The notes beneath the pieces were generated by a model that was not told the DNA's origin, searched no databases, and worked only from the letters and a program-made list of their open reading frames with translations. The position numbers were made by a program, and so were the translations under genes. A DNA stretch of 64,000 bases. It comes from a bacterium (GTDB lineage: Bacteria; SAR324; XYD2-FULL-50-16; G965216635). This document shows, piece by piece, positions 1 to 10,049 of the stretch (the first letter of the stretch is position 1; each line of letters opens with the position of its first letter). Location of the stretch: the NCBI GenBank assembly GCA_965216635.1, contig OZ244188.1:1472001-1536000 (forward strand), written 5' to 3'.

Positions 1-21
1 CCGAGTATTAAAAGCAAAATT

Positions 22-726
22 TCAATTCTTAAGCTCATCTTTTTTTTGTAAAACTCCTTCTAAAAACATACCCACAGTAGCCACTACAACCGTAGTAATT
101 ACAATATTCGCTGGATTAGGTAGAAGAACTTCTAAAGTAACCATCACAACAGCTGCTAAAATAATCACTGTAAATAATGGAAAAAGTTTTTTTGCATTGA
201 CGAACTGTATTGTCAGCAGACCAGCAAACATTGCTGCAAAACCAAATTCTACTCCAAAAATATTAGAGCTTTCTACACTGCTTCCAATCCAAGCTCCTGT
301 TGTGTTTCCCAAAACCCAAGAAAGATAAGAGCTTATATTTAAACCAAACATCCAGTATGGCTTTTCTAAAGGAGATCTTAAAAGACTGGTAGCAAAGCTA
401 AAAGTTTCATCTGTAAGTTGAGCTCCTATAAAAAATCTGGATTTTCTGGATAGTCTACGGACAAAAGGCAAGAGCGCCATAGAATAAAGAAAATGGCGTA
501 GGTTGAGTAAAAAGATGGTAAATATCAAAACTGCAGCGGATCCTGTATAAAGCGGAGCAAAGACGAATTGTGCAGATCCTGCAAAAACAAGTAAGGATAA
601 TAGAGCAACTTCTAAAACAGATAAACCTGCATGAGAGGCCAATGCTCCTGCTGCAAATCCTATAAAAAAATACCCAAAAATAATGGGAAGAGCTGCGACT
701 ACTCCTTTAAAAAAAGATTTAAACAC
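22..726 (-). CDS. AzlC family branched-chain amino acid exporter permease
   Basis: Hydrophobic 234-aa ORF with AzlC motifs FAGSAQF, NLRHFLYS, LTDETF. Confidence 0.85.
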   Translation of the reverse strand: MFKSFFKGVVAALPIIFGYFFIGFAAGALASHAGLSVLEVALLSLLVFAGSAQFVFAPLYTGSAAVLIFTIFLLNLRHFLYSMALLPFVRRLSRKSRFFIGAQLTDETFSFATSLLRSPLEKPYWMFGLNISSYLSWVLGNTTGAWIGSSVESSNIFGVEFGFAAMFAGLLTIQFVNAKKLFPLFTVIILAAVVMVTLEVLLPNPANIVITTVVVATVGMFLEGVLQKKDELKN

Positions 727-788
727 TTAAAGATTTCAAAAAAATAAAGCTATTTGCAAAATGAAATTTTTTGAATATTTTGATAGAC

Positions 789-1364
789 TTAGTTCTCTTT
801 TGATTCAGAAGGCAAGGGGACCTGGTTGTATTTGATGTATTTTTCTTTTTGCTTGCCTATAACATCTTCATCTAAGTTTTCATCCATTAGTAAATCTCGT
901 ACAAAATCAAACTGCGAGCGATGATTGTGAGTCATACTAATAACGCCCGTATCCATTCTAATCGCATCTTTGGGGCAGGCTTCTACACAAAGTCCACAAA
1001 AGATACATCGTAATTCGTCTATATTAAAAACTTTGGGATATTTTTCTACAGATTTATCAAAAATTTCTGCAGATTCAATATGAATACAATTAGCGGGGCA
1101 AACCGTCTCGCACATATAACAGGCAACGCATTTAATAAATCCATTTTCGTGTCTAGTCAATCGGTGTCTACCCCGCCAGCGAGGGGCTATTTCTCTTTTT
1201 TCTTCAGGATAATTAATAGTAACCGTTTTTTTAGAGCCAAACAAATTGGAGTCAGATAAATTTGCAAAAAAATGCCGTAAGGTCAGCTTTAGCCCTATAA
1301 AAATGTCTATAAGGTAAAATTTATGCCACCATTTTTCTTGGGGACGAACGTGGATTATTTTCAT
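789..1364 (-). CDS. nuoI: NADH-quinone oxidoreductase subunit I
   Basis: Two CxxCxxCxxxCP 4Fe-4S motifs (CVACYMCETVCP, CIFCGLCVEACP); TINYPEE..RWRGRH; adjacent to nuoH. Confidence 0.93.
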   Translation of the reverse strand: MKIIHVRPQEKWWHKFYLIDIFIGLKLTLRHFFANLSDSNLFGSKKTVTINYPEEKREIAPRWRGRHRLTRHENGFIKCVACYMCETVCPANCIHIESAEIFDKSVEKYPKVFNIDELRCIFCGLCVEACPKDAIRMDTGVISMTHNHRSQFDFVRDLLMDENLDEDVIGKQKEKYIKYNQVPLPSESKEN

Positions 1365-1379
1365 TTTTTTAAAGTAAAC

Positions 1380-1663
1380 TAGACTCTTGAATTTCGCTGA
1401 TGTGACGGCTAGCCAAATAGTTAGAACAGGTGCGAAAAAAAATTTTTAGCTCGCAGGAATATCGTAGTGCCATAATAATAGGATCAGGCACTACAAAACT
1501 TGCATAATTCCAAAAAGAAATGTAAAAGAGCCAGTGGCTCTTTTACTATAACCCTTATGAAATAGATAGCAGTAAGAGAGTATTTCAAGAGTTAAAAATT
1601 TTTTTCAACGCTGCATAGGCAAAACAGCTAGTTTTGTCCTATTTTGGCAAATTCAAAAGCCTA
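1380..1663. mobile_element. Palindromic intergenic element (MITE/RPE-like), full copy
   Basis: TAGACTCTTGAATTT...AAATTCAAAAGCCTA termini; internal modules shared with other copies; overlaps the last codons of nuoH. Confidence 0.8.
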
Positions 1664-2747
1664 GTAAAATAATAAAAGCAGTTATAATAACATTCAACAA
1701 AGCCAGTGGAAGCATTTTTTTCCAACCCAAAGTCATAATTTGATCAAAACGAAATCTAGGCAGAGTCCACCGCAACATCAACTGCAACCAACAGAAAAAA
1801 AAAACTTTAGAAAAAAAAGTAAGAATTTGTAAAACACAAACAAGCCATACAGGAATCGGAATAAATAAGAGATTACCAAAATGAAAGCCATCTTGCAATA
1901 GCCAAGGCAGATGATAAGAGCCCAAAAATAGGGTGGTCATCAAACAACCAACCCCTACAACAGCTACATATTCTGCAAGAAAAAAAGAAGCAAATCTCAT
2001 CCCCGAGTATTCTACAAAATAGCCTATAATTTCAGATTCTCCTTCTGGTGCATCAAAAGGGGCTCTTTTGGTTTCTGCAATCATTGCAATGAAAAAAAGA
2101 AAAAAGGCTAAAGGTTGTGTAAAAACACCCCATTGAGGAATCCAACCATAAAGCCAGTATTGATTCTGTCCAGCCACTATATCACTAATTCTCAAAGAAT
2201 CGTGAACTAGAAAAATTCCAACCAAAGAAAGTCCCAAAAATATCTCATATGAAATAAATTGAGCGGAAGCACGTACAGAGCCTAATAAGCCGTACTTATT
2301 ATCAGTAGACCAACCGCCGAAAACTGTGCCGTAGACTCCAAGCGAAGTAAAAGCAAATAAAGCAAGCATACCAACATTAACGTCTGTGACTTGAAAATAA
2401 AAATTTCCAATGGGAGCTGCTATTGGAATAAGAGCAAAAACAGAGAAGACTGAGATAAAACTAAAAAAAGGAGCTATTGAAAATAAAAATTTATTAGTTT
2501 TTTGAGTGACCGAATCTTCTTTAAACATCAATTTCACGGCATCCGCTATCACATGGAAAACTCCTTTGAATTTCAATTTCCCAATATTTGCGCGATTAGG
2601 ACCCACTCTATCTTGGATTAAAGCACTCCATTTTCTTTCAAAATAAGTCAAAAGAGCGGCAAGAGGCATCGCAAATAAAAAAATAAGGACGATGATCTTA
2701 ATCAAACTCAAAAGCCATCCTGTTTGCAATAATTCTACAGTATTCAT
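1653..2747 (-). CDS. nuoH: NADH-quinone oxidoreductase subunit H
   Basis: ERKWSALIQDRVGPN, AETKRAPFD.PEGESE, LPRFRFDQ motifs. Confidence 0.95.
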   Translation of the reverse strand: MNTVELLQTGWLLSLIKIIVLIFLFAMPLAALLTYFERKWSALIQDRVGPNRANIGKLKFKGVFHVIADAVKLMFKEDSVTQKTNKFLFSIAPFFSFISVFSVFALIPIAAPIGNFYFQVTDVNVGMLALFAFTSLGVYGTVFGGWSTDNKYGLLGSVRASAQFISYEIFLGLSLVGIFLVHDSLRISDIVAGQNQYWLYGWIPQWGVFTQPLAFFLFFIAMIAETKRAPFDAPEGESEIIGYFVEYSGMRFASFFLAEYVAVVGVGCLMTTLFLGSYHLPWLLQDGFHFGNLLFIPIPVWLVCVLQILTFFSKVFFFCWLQLMLRWTLPRFRFDQIMTLGWKKMLPLALLNVIITAFIILLGF

Positions 2748-2828
2748 AAGTATTTTCTTAGCTATACTTATACTAGCTTATAATTTTTTAAAAATAAACT
2801 ATTTTTGGAATAGGTATTATGGTAGGAT

Positions 2829-3014
2829 AAAAAAAAAATTAGTGCAAGCTCTACGAAAGATACTTATCTCAATTTTTTTGGTTGCGGGCTATATTTAAAA
2901 GCACTCCAACAAAAGCTAAAAAAAAAAATTAGTGCAAGCTCTACGAAAGATACTTATCTCAATTTTTTTGGTTGCGGGCTATATTTAAAAGCACTCCAAC
3001 AAAAGCTAAAAAAA
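2829..3014. repeat. 90-bp tandem duplication of the ftsW 3' end plus downstream flank
   Basis: AGTGCAAGCTCTACGAAAG at 2841 and 2931; units joined at poly-A runs. Confidence 0.9.
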
Positions 3015-4083
3015 CAACTAGTGAACTTCCTCCATAGCTAATGAAAGGCAAACCAATACCTTTAGTAGGCACCAAACCCAAAACTACGAGCAGGTTAATC
3101 ACGGTCTGTAACATAATAAGAACAGTAATACCAAAAGCCAAGTTGCGTCCGAATGGTTGCTCGCATTTTTTAGCAATTTGAAAACCTGTATGCATCAGCC
3201 ACAAAAATAAACCTGAGACTAGTAAAATTCCCCAGATACCTGTCTCCTCTGCTAAGACTGCAAAAATAAATTCTGTATGAGCTTGCGGTAAAAAATATTC
3301 TTTCTGTAAAGAATTCCCTAATCCTCTTCCTAAAATTCCGCCACCCCCATAAGCAATCAATGAATTGACTAGCTGGTATCCGCTTTCTAAACGATTTTCC
3401 CAAGGAGATAAAAACCCGAGAATCCTTTTCATACGGTAGGCATTTGTAAAAATGAGTATAGCTCCTAGCAAAGCGCCGCACAAAGAAACCGCTAATAAAT
3501 AAATAAAACGAGCTCCAGCGATATAGCACATCAAAATAGTACATCCTAAAATCAGCACAAGAGAGCCAAAATCAGGTTGTAAAAGCAGTAGTACCGCAAA
3601 AAAGCTAAAAACGACGGAGATTGGCAGTAGACTATGAGAAAAAAACTGAAGTTCATTTTCTTTTCTAGCCAAAAAATCTGCCACCCAAACAATAAAGGCA
3701 AATTTAAAAATTTCTACTGGTTGGATACCTATAAAACCAATCCTAATCCACCTCCTAGCTCCATAAACCTCACTACCTATAGCTGGAAATAAAACCAATA
3801 CTAGCAACAGAGCGGAGAAAAAAAGTAGCGGGTAAGCAAGTTTTTTCCAGAAAGAATGGCGAATAACCGAAATCATCATCATCAAAACAAAACCAAAACC
3901 AGCAAAAAGTAACTGCTGGAAAAAAAAACGGTACGGGTCTCCGAAATATCTTTCGGAATAAAAAATACTGGCAGAATAAACAAAAAGCAAACCCAAAAGA
4001 AGCAAAGAAGAAATAATACAAAGAATCCTTGTATAGTCACTCAAAAGGATTCTACTACTCCAAAAGTTTATTATTGCGTTCAT
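2959..4083 (-). CDS. ftsW: Cell division SEDS protein FtsW
   Basis: GARRWI, IQPVEIFK, LLQPDFG, LPQAHTEFIFAV, PTKGIGLPFISYGGSS. Confidence 0.92.
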   Translation of the reverse strand: MNAIINFWSSRILLSDYTRILCIISSLLLLGLLFVYSASIFYSERYFGDPYRFFFQQLLFAGFGFVLMMMISVIRHSFWKKLAYPLLFFSALLLVLVLFPAIGSEVYGARRWIRIGFIGIQPVEIFKFAFIVWVADFLARKENELQFFSHSLLPISVVFSFFAVLLLLQPDFGSLVLILGCTILMCYIAGARFIYLLAVSLCGALLGAILIFTNAYRMKRILGFLSPWENRLESGYQLVNSLIAYGGGGILGRGLGNSLQKEYFLPQAHTEFIFAVLAEETGIWGILLVSGLFLWLMHTGFQIAKKCEQPFGRNLAFGITVLIMLQTVINLLVVLGLVPTKGIGLPFISYGGSSLVVFLAFVGVLLNIARNQKN

Positions 4084-4240
4084 TGGTTTTATTGTTTGAT
4101 TTCTTAGATAAGCAAAAACAAGCCCAGTCCGTGTAAAATAGTTCTGCTTGTGTTTATTTTTCCGAGAATGTTGAATTAGGCAGTTTTTGGGTGCCTTTCA
4201 TTACAGGTAGGCGGGAATGTGTGGACGCAGTTTTTTTTTC

Positions 4241-5557
4241 TTAAAAACTCAAGTGGAAGGAGATGCTGATGACGAGGGGTGCTTTGAGCTCGGCAGCGGT
4301 CTCGGTGGTTGTTTCTATTGTTCCTTCTGTGGTTGTGGTTGTAGTGCCAGTCTCAATAGTTTCCTCTACAGTAACGGTTCTGCTTCCAACTTGGGTTGCT
4401 TCTGTTCTCCTATCACTCGGTTTGTAGCTTATGTTTATGGTTTTAGTTCTATCAGAATTGTCAGAAGTAATATAGGTACCAAGCACTACGGTTACTCCTT
4501 TTATTTGCGGCTGTTCATAGGTCAAGGTGTTTCTTGTAGTCTCGGCAGGATTGAAAATATCCTCGGGGGTATAGGAAGCAGTCGTCGGAGCTGTGCTACT
4601 TTTTAGAGAAACCCCCGAGATATACTTCGTCAAGCCAAAATTAAGCGATAGGTTGGAGGTTAATTTCTGCTTATAGCCGACTTGCAACACTGGACTTGTG
4701 GCAGAGCCGCTAGCAGAACCATTGGTAAGCGTCATACTCGCTAGACCGCCTCCTACAAAAAAATCCTCGTTTACAAAATAATCCGCCATAACTACTGTAT
4801 TGGCGAGCTCGTTAGCTCCCCCTTTGCCAGTAAAGTGCGTAAAGGAGGCTCTCCATTTTTCCCACCTAAAGCCAAATTGCAGACCAATACCAGAAAGTTT
4901 ATCGCTCTTGTTGGTTGTTGGTGTTGTTGATACGTCTGTGTCTGTTGTTGTTGATATTATTGAACCCTGCACTGTATTATCTACAGGCAATGTATAATCA
5001 GCAAAAGAAGCCTCAGTAGGGGCAAAATCAGTAGACTCATCAAAGTATCTTGAACATATATTATTATCCCATCCAACACCTTCATTGTTATTGGGGCTAT
5101 CTACCGAAGCTCTTGAGCCTACATCAAAGTAAATTATGTTGTTGCTGTTTTCTGAAAAAGAATAGGTTTTACCGTTTGCATTAATGGTTGTTGCTCCTGT
5201 TTCACAGTTTGCTGATATAAAAGCTTCTATTACAGCTTTCACATCAGGAGTAGCATTATAGACAGAAGCAGCTGTTGCTTTTATGCTAGTGGTGATAGCT
5301 GATTCAATAAATTCATAGGATGTTCTGGTAGCATCAAAAATATTAATATTAGCATTAGTGACTCTAGTGGTTTTGCTGCTGCTATCTACTTTAAAACCAT
5401 TTAGATAGACAATACCAACGAAAAATCCCTGTTTGCTGCTCTGACCATTTGGGCTACCATTCGCTTGGGCTTGCAGATTGCTTTGACTTGCGTAAAAAAA
5501 GAAAAAAGCCGTTATAAATATTATAAGGGGCAGTATAAACAGTTTTAATACTTTCAT
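4241..5557 (-). CDS. Outer-membrane beta-barrel family protein with hypervariable loops (paralog A)
   Basis: Signal peptide, amphipathic strands, C-terminal ISISFHLSF; conserved blocks shared with ORFs at 5668, 35102 and 62598. Confidence 0.7.
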   Translation of the reverse strand: MKVLKLFILPLIIFITAFFFFYASQSNLQAQANGSPNGQSSKQGFFVGIVYLNGFKVDSSSKTTRVTNANINIFDATRTSYEFIESAITTSIKATAASVYNATPDVKAVIEAFISANCETGATTINANGKTYSFSENSNNIIYFDVGSRASVDSPNNNEGVGWDNNICSRYFDESTDFAPTEASFADYTLPVDNTVQGSIISTTTDTDVSTTPTTNKSDKLSGIGLQFGFRWEKWRASFTHFTGKGGANELANTVVMADYFVNEDFFVGGGLASMTLTNGSASGSATSPVLQVGYKQKLTSNLSLNFGLTKYISGVSLKSSTAPTTASYTPEDIFNPAETTRNTLTYEQPQIKGVTVVLGTYITSDNSDRTKTINISYKPSDRRTEATQVGSRTVTVEETIETGTTTTTTEGTIETTTETAAELKAPLVISISFHLSF

Positions 5558-5667
5558 AGTATTTTAGATAATTGAATTTAAGTAAAACTTCATAAAGATT
5601 AACAGAAAAAAACAATAATAGCAAACTATTGGTTGTTGGCAGTTTTTTTCTCTTTTACAGATTTTTC

Positions 5668-7029
5668 TTAAAAACTCAAGTGGAAGGAAATGCTGATGAC
5701 GAGTGGTGCTTTGAGCTCGGCATCGGTCTCTGTGGTTGTTTCTATTGTTCCTTCTGTTGTGGTTGTAGTGCCAGTCTCAATAGTTTCTTCTATAGTAACG
5801 GTTCTGCTTCCAAATTGGGTTGCTTGGATTCTTTTATTGCCGAAGTTTAAGATTTCGATGTTATCATTAGGACCCTTAATTAAGGTACCAATCACTACTG
5901 ATCCTCCTTCTTTTGGCTGTTCAGGGGTCAAGCTGTTACTTGCAGTACCACCAGGATTTGAAATAGGGTTGGGTCTATAGGAAGTAGTTGTCGGAGCTGT
6001 GCTACTTTTTAGAGAAACCCCCGAAATATACTTCGTCAAGCCAAAATTAAGCGATAGGTTGGAGGTTAAGTTTCGCTTATAGCCGATCTGAATCGCGGGA
6101 CTTGTGGCAGAGGCGCTAGTAGAGCCATTGGTAAGCTTCATACTCGCTAGACCGCCTCCTACAAAAAAATCCTCGTTAAAAAAATAATCCGCCATTACCA
6201 ATGTATTGGCGAGCTCGTTAGCTCCACCTTTGCCAGTGAAGTGCGTAAAGGAGGCTCTCCATTTTTCCCACCTAAAGCCGAATTGCAGACCAATACCAGA
6301 AATTTTATCGCTCTTGCTGGTTGTTGGTGTTGTTGATACGTCTGTGTCTGCTGTTGTTGATATTATCGAACCTTGCTCTGTATTACCTACAGGCAATTTA
6401 TACTCAGCAAAATCATCAGCGGTTAAACTATTAGAAGAAAAGTGATTGAAACATGCCTTATTAGTCCAAACTAAGCCATTATTAAGTTGACTCAAGGTGC
6501 TACCTACCTGCTCTCTTGTGCCTACATCAAACGCATTCGGGTTAAGAATACTAAAAGAATAGATTCCATTGGCATCAGTGGTTGTTGCTCCTGTGTCACA
6601 GTTTGCTGCTATAAGAGCTTCTATTCCAGCTTTCCAATCAGGACTAGAATCATAGCGATTAGAAGGATAAAAATATACTTCGTAGCTATGGATGATATCT
6701 GAATAACCCATCAGATCATAGGATGTGCTGGTAGTGCCAGTAATATTAGTAGTAGAATCAGTGACTCTAGTGGTTTTAGTGCTACTATCCACCTTAAAAC
6801 CACTTAGATAGACAAAACCAGCGAAAAATCCTTGTTTGCTGCTGCTTTGAACCGCTTGGGCTTGCAGCTTGCTGCCTCCAAAAGTAAAGGCACTTCCTAT
6901 AAGAAGGGCGGGAATAAGAATAGCTACCAAAACGAAACGAACCAAAATAAAACGAACCAGAGTAAAACGAGCCAAAATAAAACGAACCGCGAAAGTTTTC
7001 CTTAAAACTTGGGAATTTATGTTTTTCAT
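5668..7029 (-). CDS. Outer-membrane beta-barrel family protein (paralog B)
   Basis: Same architecture as A; ATG at 7029 (MKNINSQ) preferred over the track start at 7104. Confidence 0.7.
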   Translation of the reverse strand: MKNINSQVLRKTFAVRFILARFTLVRFILVRFVLVAILIPALLIGSAFTFGGSKLQAQAVQSSSKQGFFAGFVYLSGFKVDSSTKTTRVTDSTTNITGTTSTSYDLMGYSDIIHSYEVYFYPSNRYDSSPDWKAGIEALIAANCDTGATTTDANGIYSFSILNPNAFDVGTREQVGSTLSQLNNGLVWTNKACFNHFSSNSLTADDFAEYKLPVGNTEQGSIISTTADTDVSTTPTTSKSDKISGIGLQFGFRWEKWRASFTHFTGKGGANELANTLVMADYFFNEDFFVGGGLASMKLTNGSTSASATSPAIQIGYKRNLTSNLSLNFGLTKYISGVSLKSSTAPTTTSYRPNPISNPGGTASNSLTPEQPKEGGSVVIGTLIKGPNDNIEILNFGNKRIQATQFGSRTVTIEETIETGTTTTTEGTIETTTETDAELKAPLVISISFHLSF

Positions 7030-7337
7030 AATCGTGTAGATAATTAAATTTAGGTTAAATAACAAAACTTCATAAAGAATTGCAGAAAAAAAAAATCTTG
7101 TCAATATATTTTTTTGGCTATTGGCAGTTTTTTTCTATTTTACAAGTTTTTTTATATTAAAGTTACAGAAAAATCATTTTTTGTCAATATTCTATTGGCT
7201 ATTGGCAGTTTTTTTGTTGTTTTTTGCTGTCCGATAACTACTCTTAAAATACGACTTGCTAAAAAAATCATTTAGATGTATCTACTACCTAGTAGAGGGT
7301 ATTACCTCTATTTTTTAACCAAAACCTAAAAATAATT

Positions 7338-8432
7338 ATGTATTTCCATAAATACTTTAAAAACCTTTCTTTTATTTTTTTGGCTTTAGTTGTTTTTGGA
7401 GTTTCAAGCTACTCTGGACAAACTTTTGCTAAAACAACAAAAGTTGGTTTTGTTTATGTCGGACCTATTGGTGATCACGGCTGGACTTATAGACACCATA
7501 TAGGCTTACAAGCATTAGAAAAAAAATTTGGTAGTGAAGTAAAAACTACCTACATAGAAAAAGTTCCTGAAGGAGCAGATGCAGTTAGAGTTATTCGTAA
7601 ACTAGCAGCAGATGGTAATGATATTATATTCACTACTTCCTTTGGGTTTATGAATCCCACGGCACAAATTGCTAAAATGTTTCCTAAGGTAAAGTTTGAG
7701 CATGCAACGGGGTATAAAACAGGGTCTAACTTTGCTACTTATAACTCTCGTTTTTATGAAGCTAGATACCTTACTGGTATTATTGCTGGGAAAATGACAA
7801 AGAGTAAAAAACTAGGATATGTGGCTTCTTTTCCTATTCCAGAGGTGATCCGTGGTATCAATTCGGCTATTTTGGGCGCTAGAAAAGTGAACCCAAAAGC
7901 AGAAATTCGTGTGATCTGGGTTAGCACATGGTACGACCCTGGTAAAGAATCAGACGCCACAAAGGCTTTGATCGACCAAGGAGTAGATGTGATTTTCCAA
8001 CACACTGATAGTCCAGCACCTTGCCAAACAGCAGAGAAAAGAGGTGTTTTTTGCTTCGGACAAGCCTCTGATAATTCCGAGTTTGCTCCAAAAGCTCATT
8101 TGACAGCTATTATAGACGATTGGGGTCCCTACTATATTGAAAGAGTAACCGCACTCCGTGATGGATCTTGGAAAACTCAAAGTGTCTGGCTTGGCTTAAA
8201 AGAAAGGGCAGTTTATTTGTCTTCTTTCAACAAAAAGGTTCCAAGATCTGTGCGTTCTTTGGTTAAAAAAACACAAAAAAATATCATTAGTGGAAAGAAT
8301 CATCCTTTCGCTGGTGTAATCAAAGACCAAACAGGAAAGGTGCTATACAAAAAAGGACAGGTGATCTCTGACAAAGAATTAGGTGGTATGAACTTTTATG
8401 TAGAGGGGGTTATTGGTAAATTACCTAAGTAG
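7338..8432 (+). CDS. BMP family (purine nucleoside-binding) ABC substrate-binding protein
   Basis: VGFVYVGPIGDHGWT, TTSFGFM, FPIPEVIRGINS, QHTDSPAP. Confidence 0.9.
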   Translation: MYFHKYFKNLSFIFLALVVFGVSSYSGQTFAKTTKVGFVYVGPIGDHGWTYRHHIGLQALEKKFGSEVKTTYIEKVPEGADAVRVIRKLAADGNDIIFTTSFGFMNPTAQIAKMFPKVKFEHATGYKTGSNFATYNSRFYEARYLTGIIAGKMTKSKKLGYVASFPIPEVIRGINSAILGARKVNPKAEIRVIWVSTWYDPGKESDATKALIDQGVDVIFQHTDSPAPCQTAEKRGVFCFGQASDNSEFAPKAHLTAIIDDWGPYYIERVTALRDGSWKTQSVWLGLKERAVYLSSFNKKVPRSVRSLVKKTQKNIISGKNHPFAGVIKDQTGKVLYKKGQVISDKELGGMNFYVEGVIGKLPK

Positions 8433-8627
8433 ACTTTTGAATTTGCGTTCTGTTTAGCCAAAACAAGCTTATTGCTTGACGCTTTTTATGGGCTATTTGT
8501 GAAACAGCCAAAGGGCTGTTTCACAGTTCATTCTTGCTTAATGCAAGGTTTATAGTGTTTTTTACTACGCCAAGCTTAGCTAAAATTTTTTTTTGCCTTG
8601 CCTAGCCGACGCAAATTCAAATGTCTA
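8430..8627. mobile_element. Palindromic intergenic element, full copy starting at the BMP stop codon
   Basis: TAGACTTTTGAATTT...AAATTCAAATGTCTA; its TAG is the BMP stop codon. Confidence 0.8.
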
Positions 8628-8673
8628 CTAAGTAACAATTGATCTTTGGCTCATCAAGTTTTGTTTTAGAAAC

Positions 8674-8796
8674 ATTGCTTGACGCTTTTTATGGGCTATT
8701 TGTGAAACAGCCAAAGGGCTGTTTCACAAATAGCCCATAAAAAGCGTCAAGCAATAAGCTTGTTTTGGCTAAACAGAACGCTAATTCAAAAGTCTA
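8674..8796. repeat. Partial palindromic element with perfect 39-bp hairpin
   Basis: 8674-8712 is the exact reverse complement of 8717-8755; ends in AATTCAAAAGTCTA. Confidence 0.88.
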
Positions 8797-8804
8797 ACCT
8801 ATTT

Positions 8805-9914
8805 ATGGAACAATATACTTACCTCTTTTATGGCACACAAACTTATGCCATAGAAAAAGCCATTCAAAAACAAATCCACGAAATTGAAAACAAACAAAGT
8901 GAAATGAAAAAAGGCACAGATGTACATAAATTTTCAGTGTCGGATTTTTTTAATGAAAACAATTCTTTTGCAACCTTTCAAGATTACTTTTTCACCCCTC
9001 CTTTTTCGGGTAATAGCCAAATTTTTTATATTAAAGAACTAGAAATACTGTGCAAACAAAAAAACTTACCCGTCTCATTTAAAAATTTAACAAGAGAACA
9101 TATAACTCCCAATAAAAATAATATGGCTAAAAATAATCTGGCAATCAGTTTTATCTATTTTTTGACTCAAGCTCTTTTAAAAGAAAATATAAAAGAAAAT
9201 AATAATTTTATTTTATTACAAGCAAACCTTAAAGACCTAAATGAATTCCCTCTGTTTTTTCAAAAAATTTTACAGGAAAAAGCAACCCGCCGTTATTATA
9301 AAACCTTTTCAAAAACAGAAGAACTAACCGCTTGGATAAAAAAAAAACTAGAGCTAGAAAAAATCCAGTTGTCTGGAGAACAGACCCAGCTACTTCTTTA
9401 TTTTTGTGGAGATGATGTCTACAATCTTGATCGAGAAATAGAAAAACTAAGCCTACTTAAAAGAAAAATTGAAACAGAAGATATAACGAGGTTAGTTAGC
9501 CACTCTCAAAGCTATCAAATTTTTTCCTTGTTGCAAGATATTATAGCAAAAAATCAAAGCAAAGCTTTAGATGGGCTAAATTATTTTTTGATTAAATCTC
9601 CTAATAGAGACAATACACAAAGAATTTTTAGTCTTTTATCTGGTGAATTACAAAAACTATTAAAAGTGAAATGGCTATTAAATGAAGAATATAAAACAAA
9701 TGAAATAGCAAACTTACTCAAATTACCAAACTGGCTGACGACAAAATTGGTAAGGATGGCAAAAAATTTAAAAACCCAAGAAATAGAAAATGCTTTGCTG
9801 TTTTTGCATTCTAATGACCTAGTTTTTAAGTATGCAGCTAAAAATTCCGAACACTTAATAACGCAGTTTTGTATTCAGTGGATGAAGGGATATTTTTTAA
9901 AAAGAGCTAAATAG
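8805..9914 (+). CDS. holA: DNA polymerase III subunit delta
   Basis: YLFYG N-terminus, LTAWI, G.DVYNLDREIEKL, IFSL motifs; ATG at 8805 (the upstream TTG lies inside the element). Confidence 0.75.
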   Translation: MEQYTYLFYGTQTYAIEKAIQKQIHEIENKQSEMKKGTDVHKFSVSDFFNENNSFATFQDYFFTPPFSGNSQIFYIKELEILCKQKNLPVSFKNLTREHITPNKNNMAKNNLAISFIYFLTQALLKENIKENNNFILLQANLKDLNEFPLFFQKILQEKATRRYYKTFSKTEELTAWIKKKLELEKIQLSGEQTQLLLYFCGDDVYNLDREIEKLSLLKRKIETEDITRLVSHSQSYQIFSLLQDIIAKNQSKALDGLNYFLIKSPNRDNTQRIFSLLSGELQKLLKVKWLLNEEYKTNEIANLLKLPNWLTTKLVRMAKNLKTQEIENALLFLHSNDLVFKYAAKNSEHLITQFCIQWMKGYFLKRAK

Positions 9915-9935
9915 GAAAAGTTACAAAAATATTAC

Positions 9936-10035
9936 GAGAACTTTGAATTAGTGTTATGATGGCTAGGCAGGCATTTTTTTTAAAAACGATTGCTTGGCTA
10001 GACTTATTGACTTGGTAAGCTAATTCAAAGGTCTC
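9936..10035. mobile_element. Short palindromic element copy
   Basis: GAGAACTTTGAATTAG...CTAATTCAAAGGTCTC termini. Confidence 0.65.
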
Positions 10036-10049
10036 TTTTATACAAAAAA

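Noticed and set aside
1380..1663. Palindromic elements as integron attC sites
   Set aside because: Ends are TAGAC/GTCTA rather than RYYYAAC/GTTRRRY, they lie beside core genes in both orientations, and there is no integrase.
2692..4997. Small ORFs overlapping nuoH, ftsW and barrel genes
   Set aside because: Alternate-frame or antisense overlaps of well-supported genes.
4241..7029. Diversity-generating retroelement or shufflon acting on the barrel genes
   Set aside because: No reverse transcriptase or site-specific recombinase in the window; differences include indels and are not adenine-restricted; no template repeat seen.
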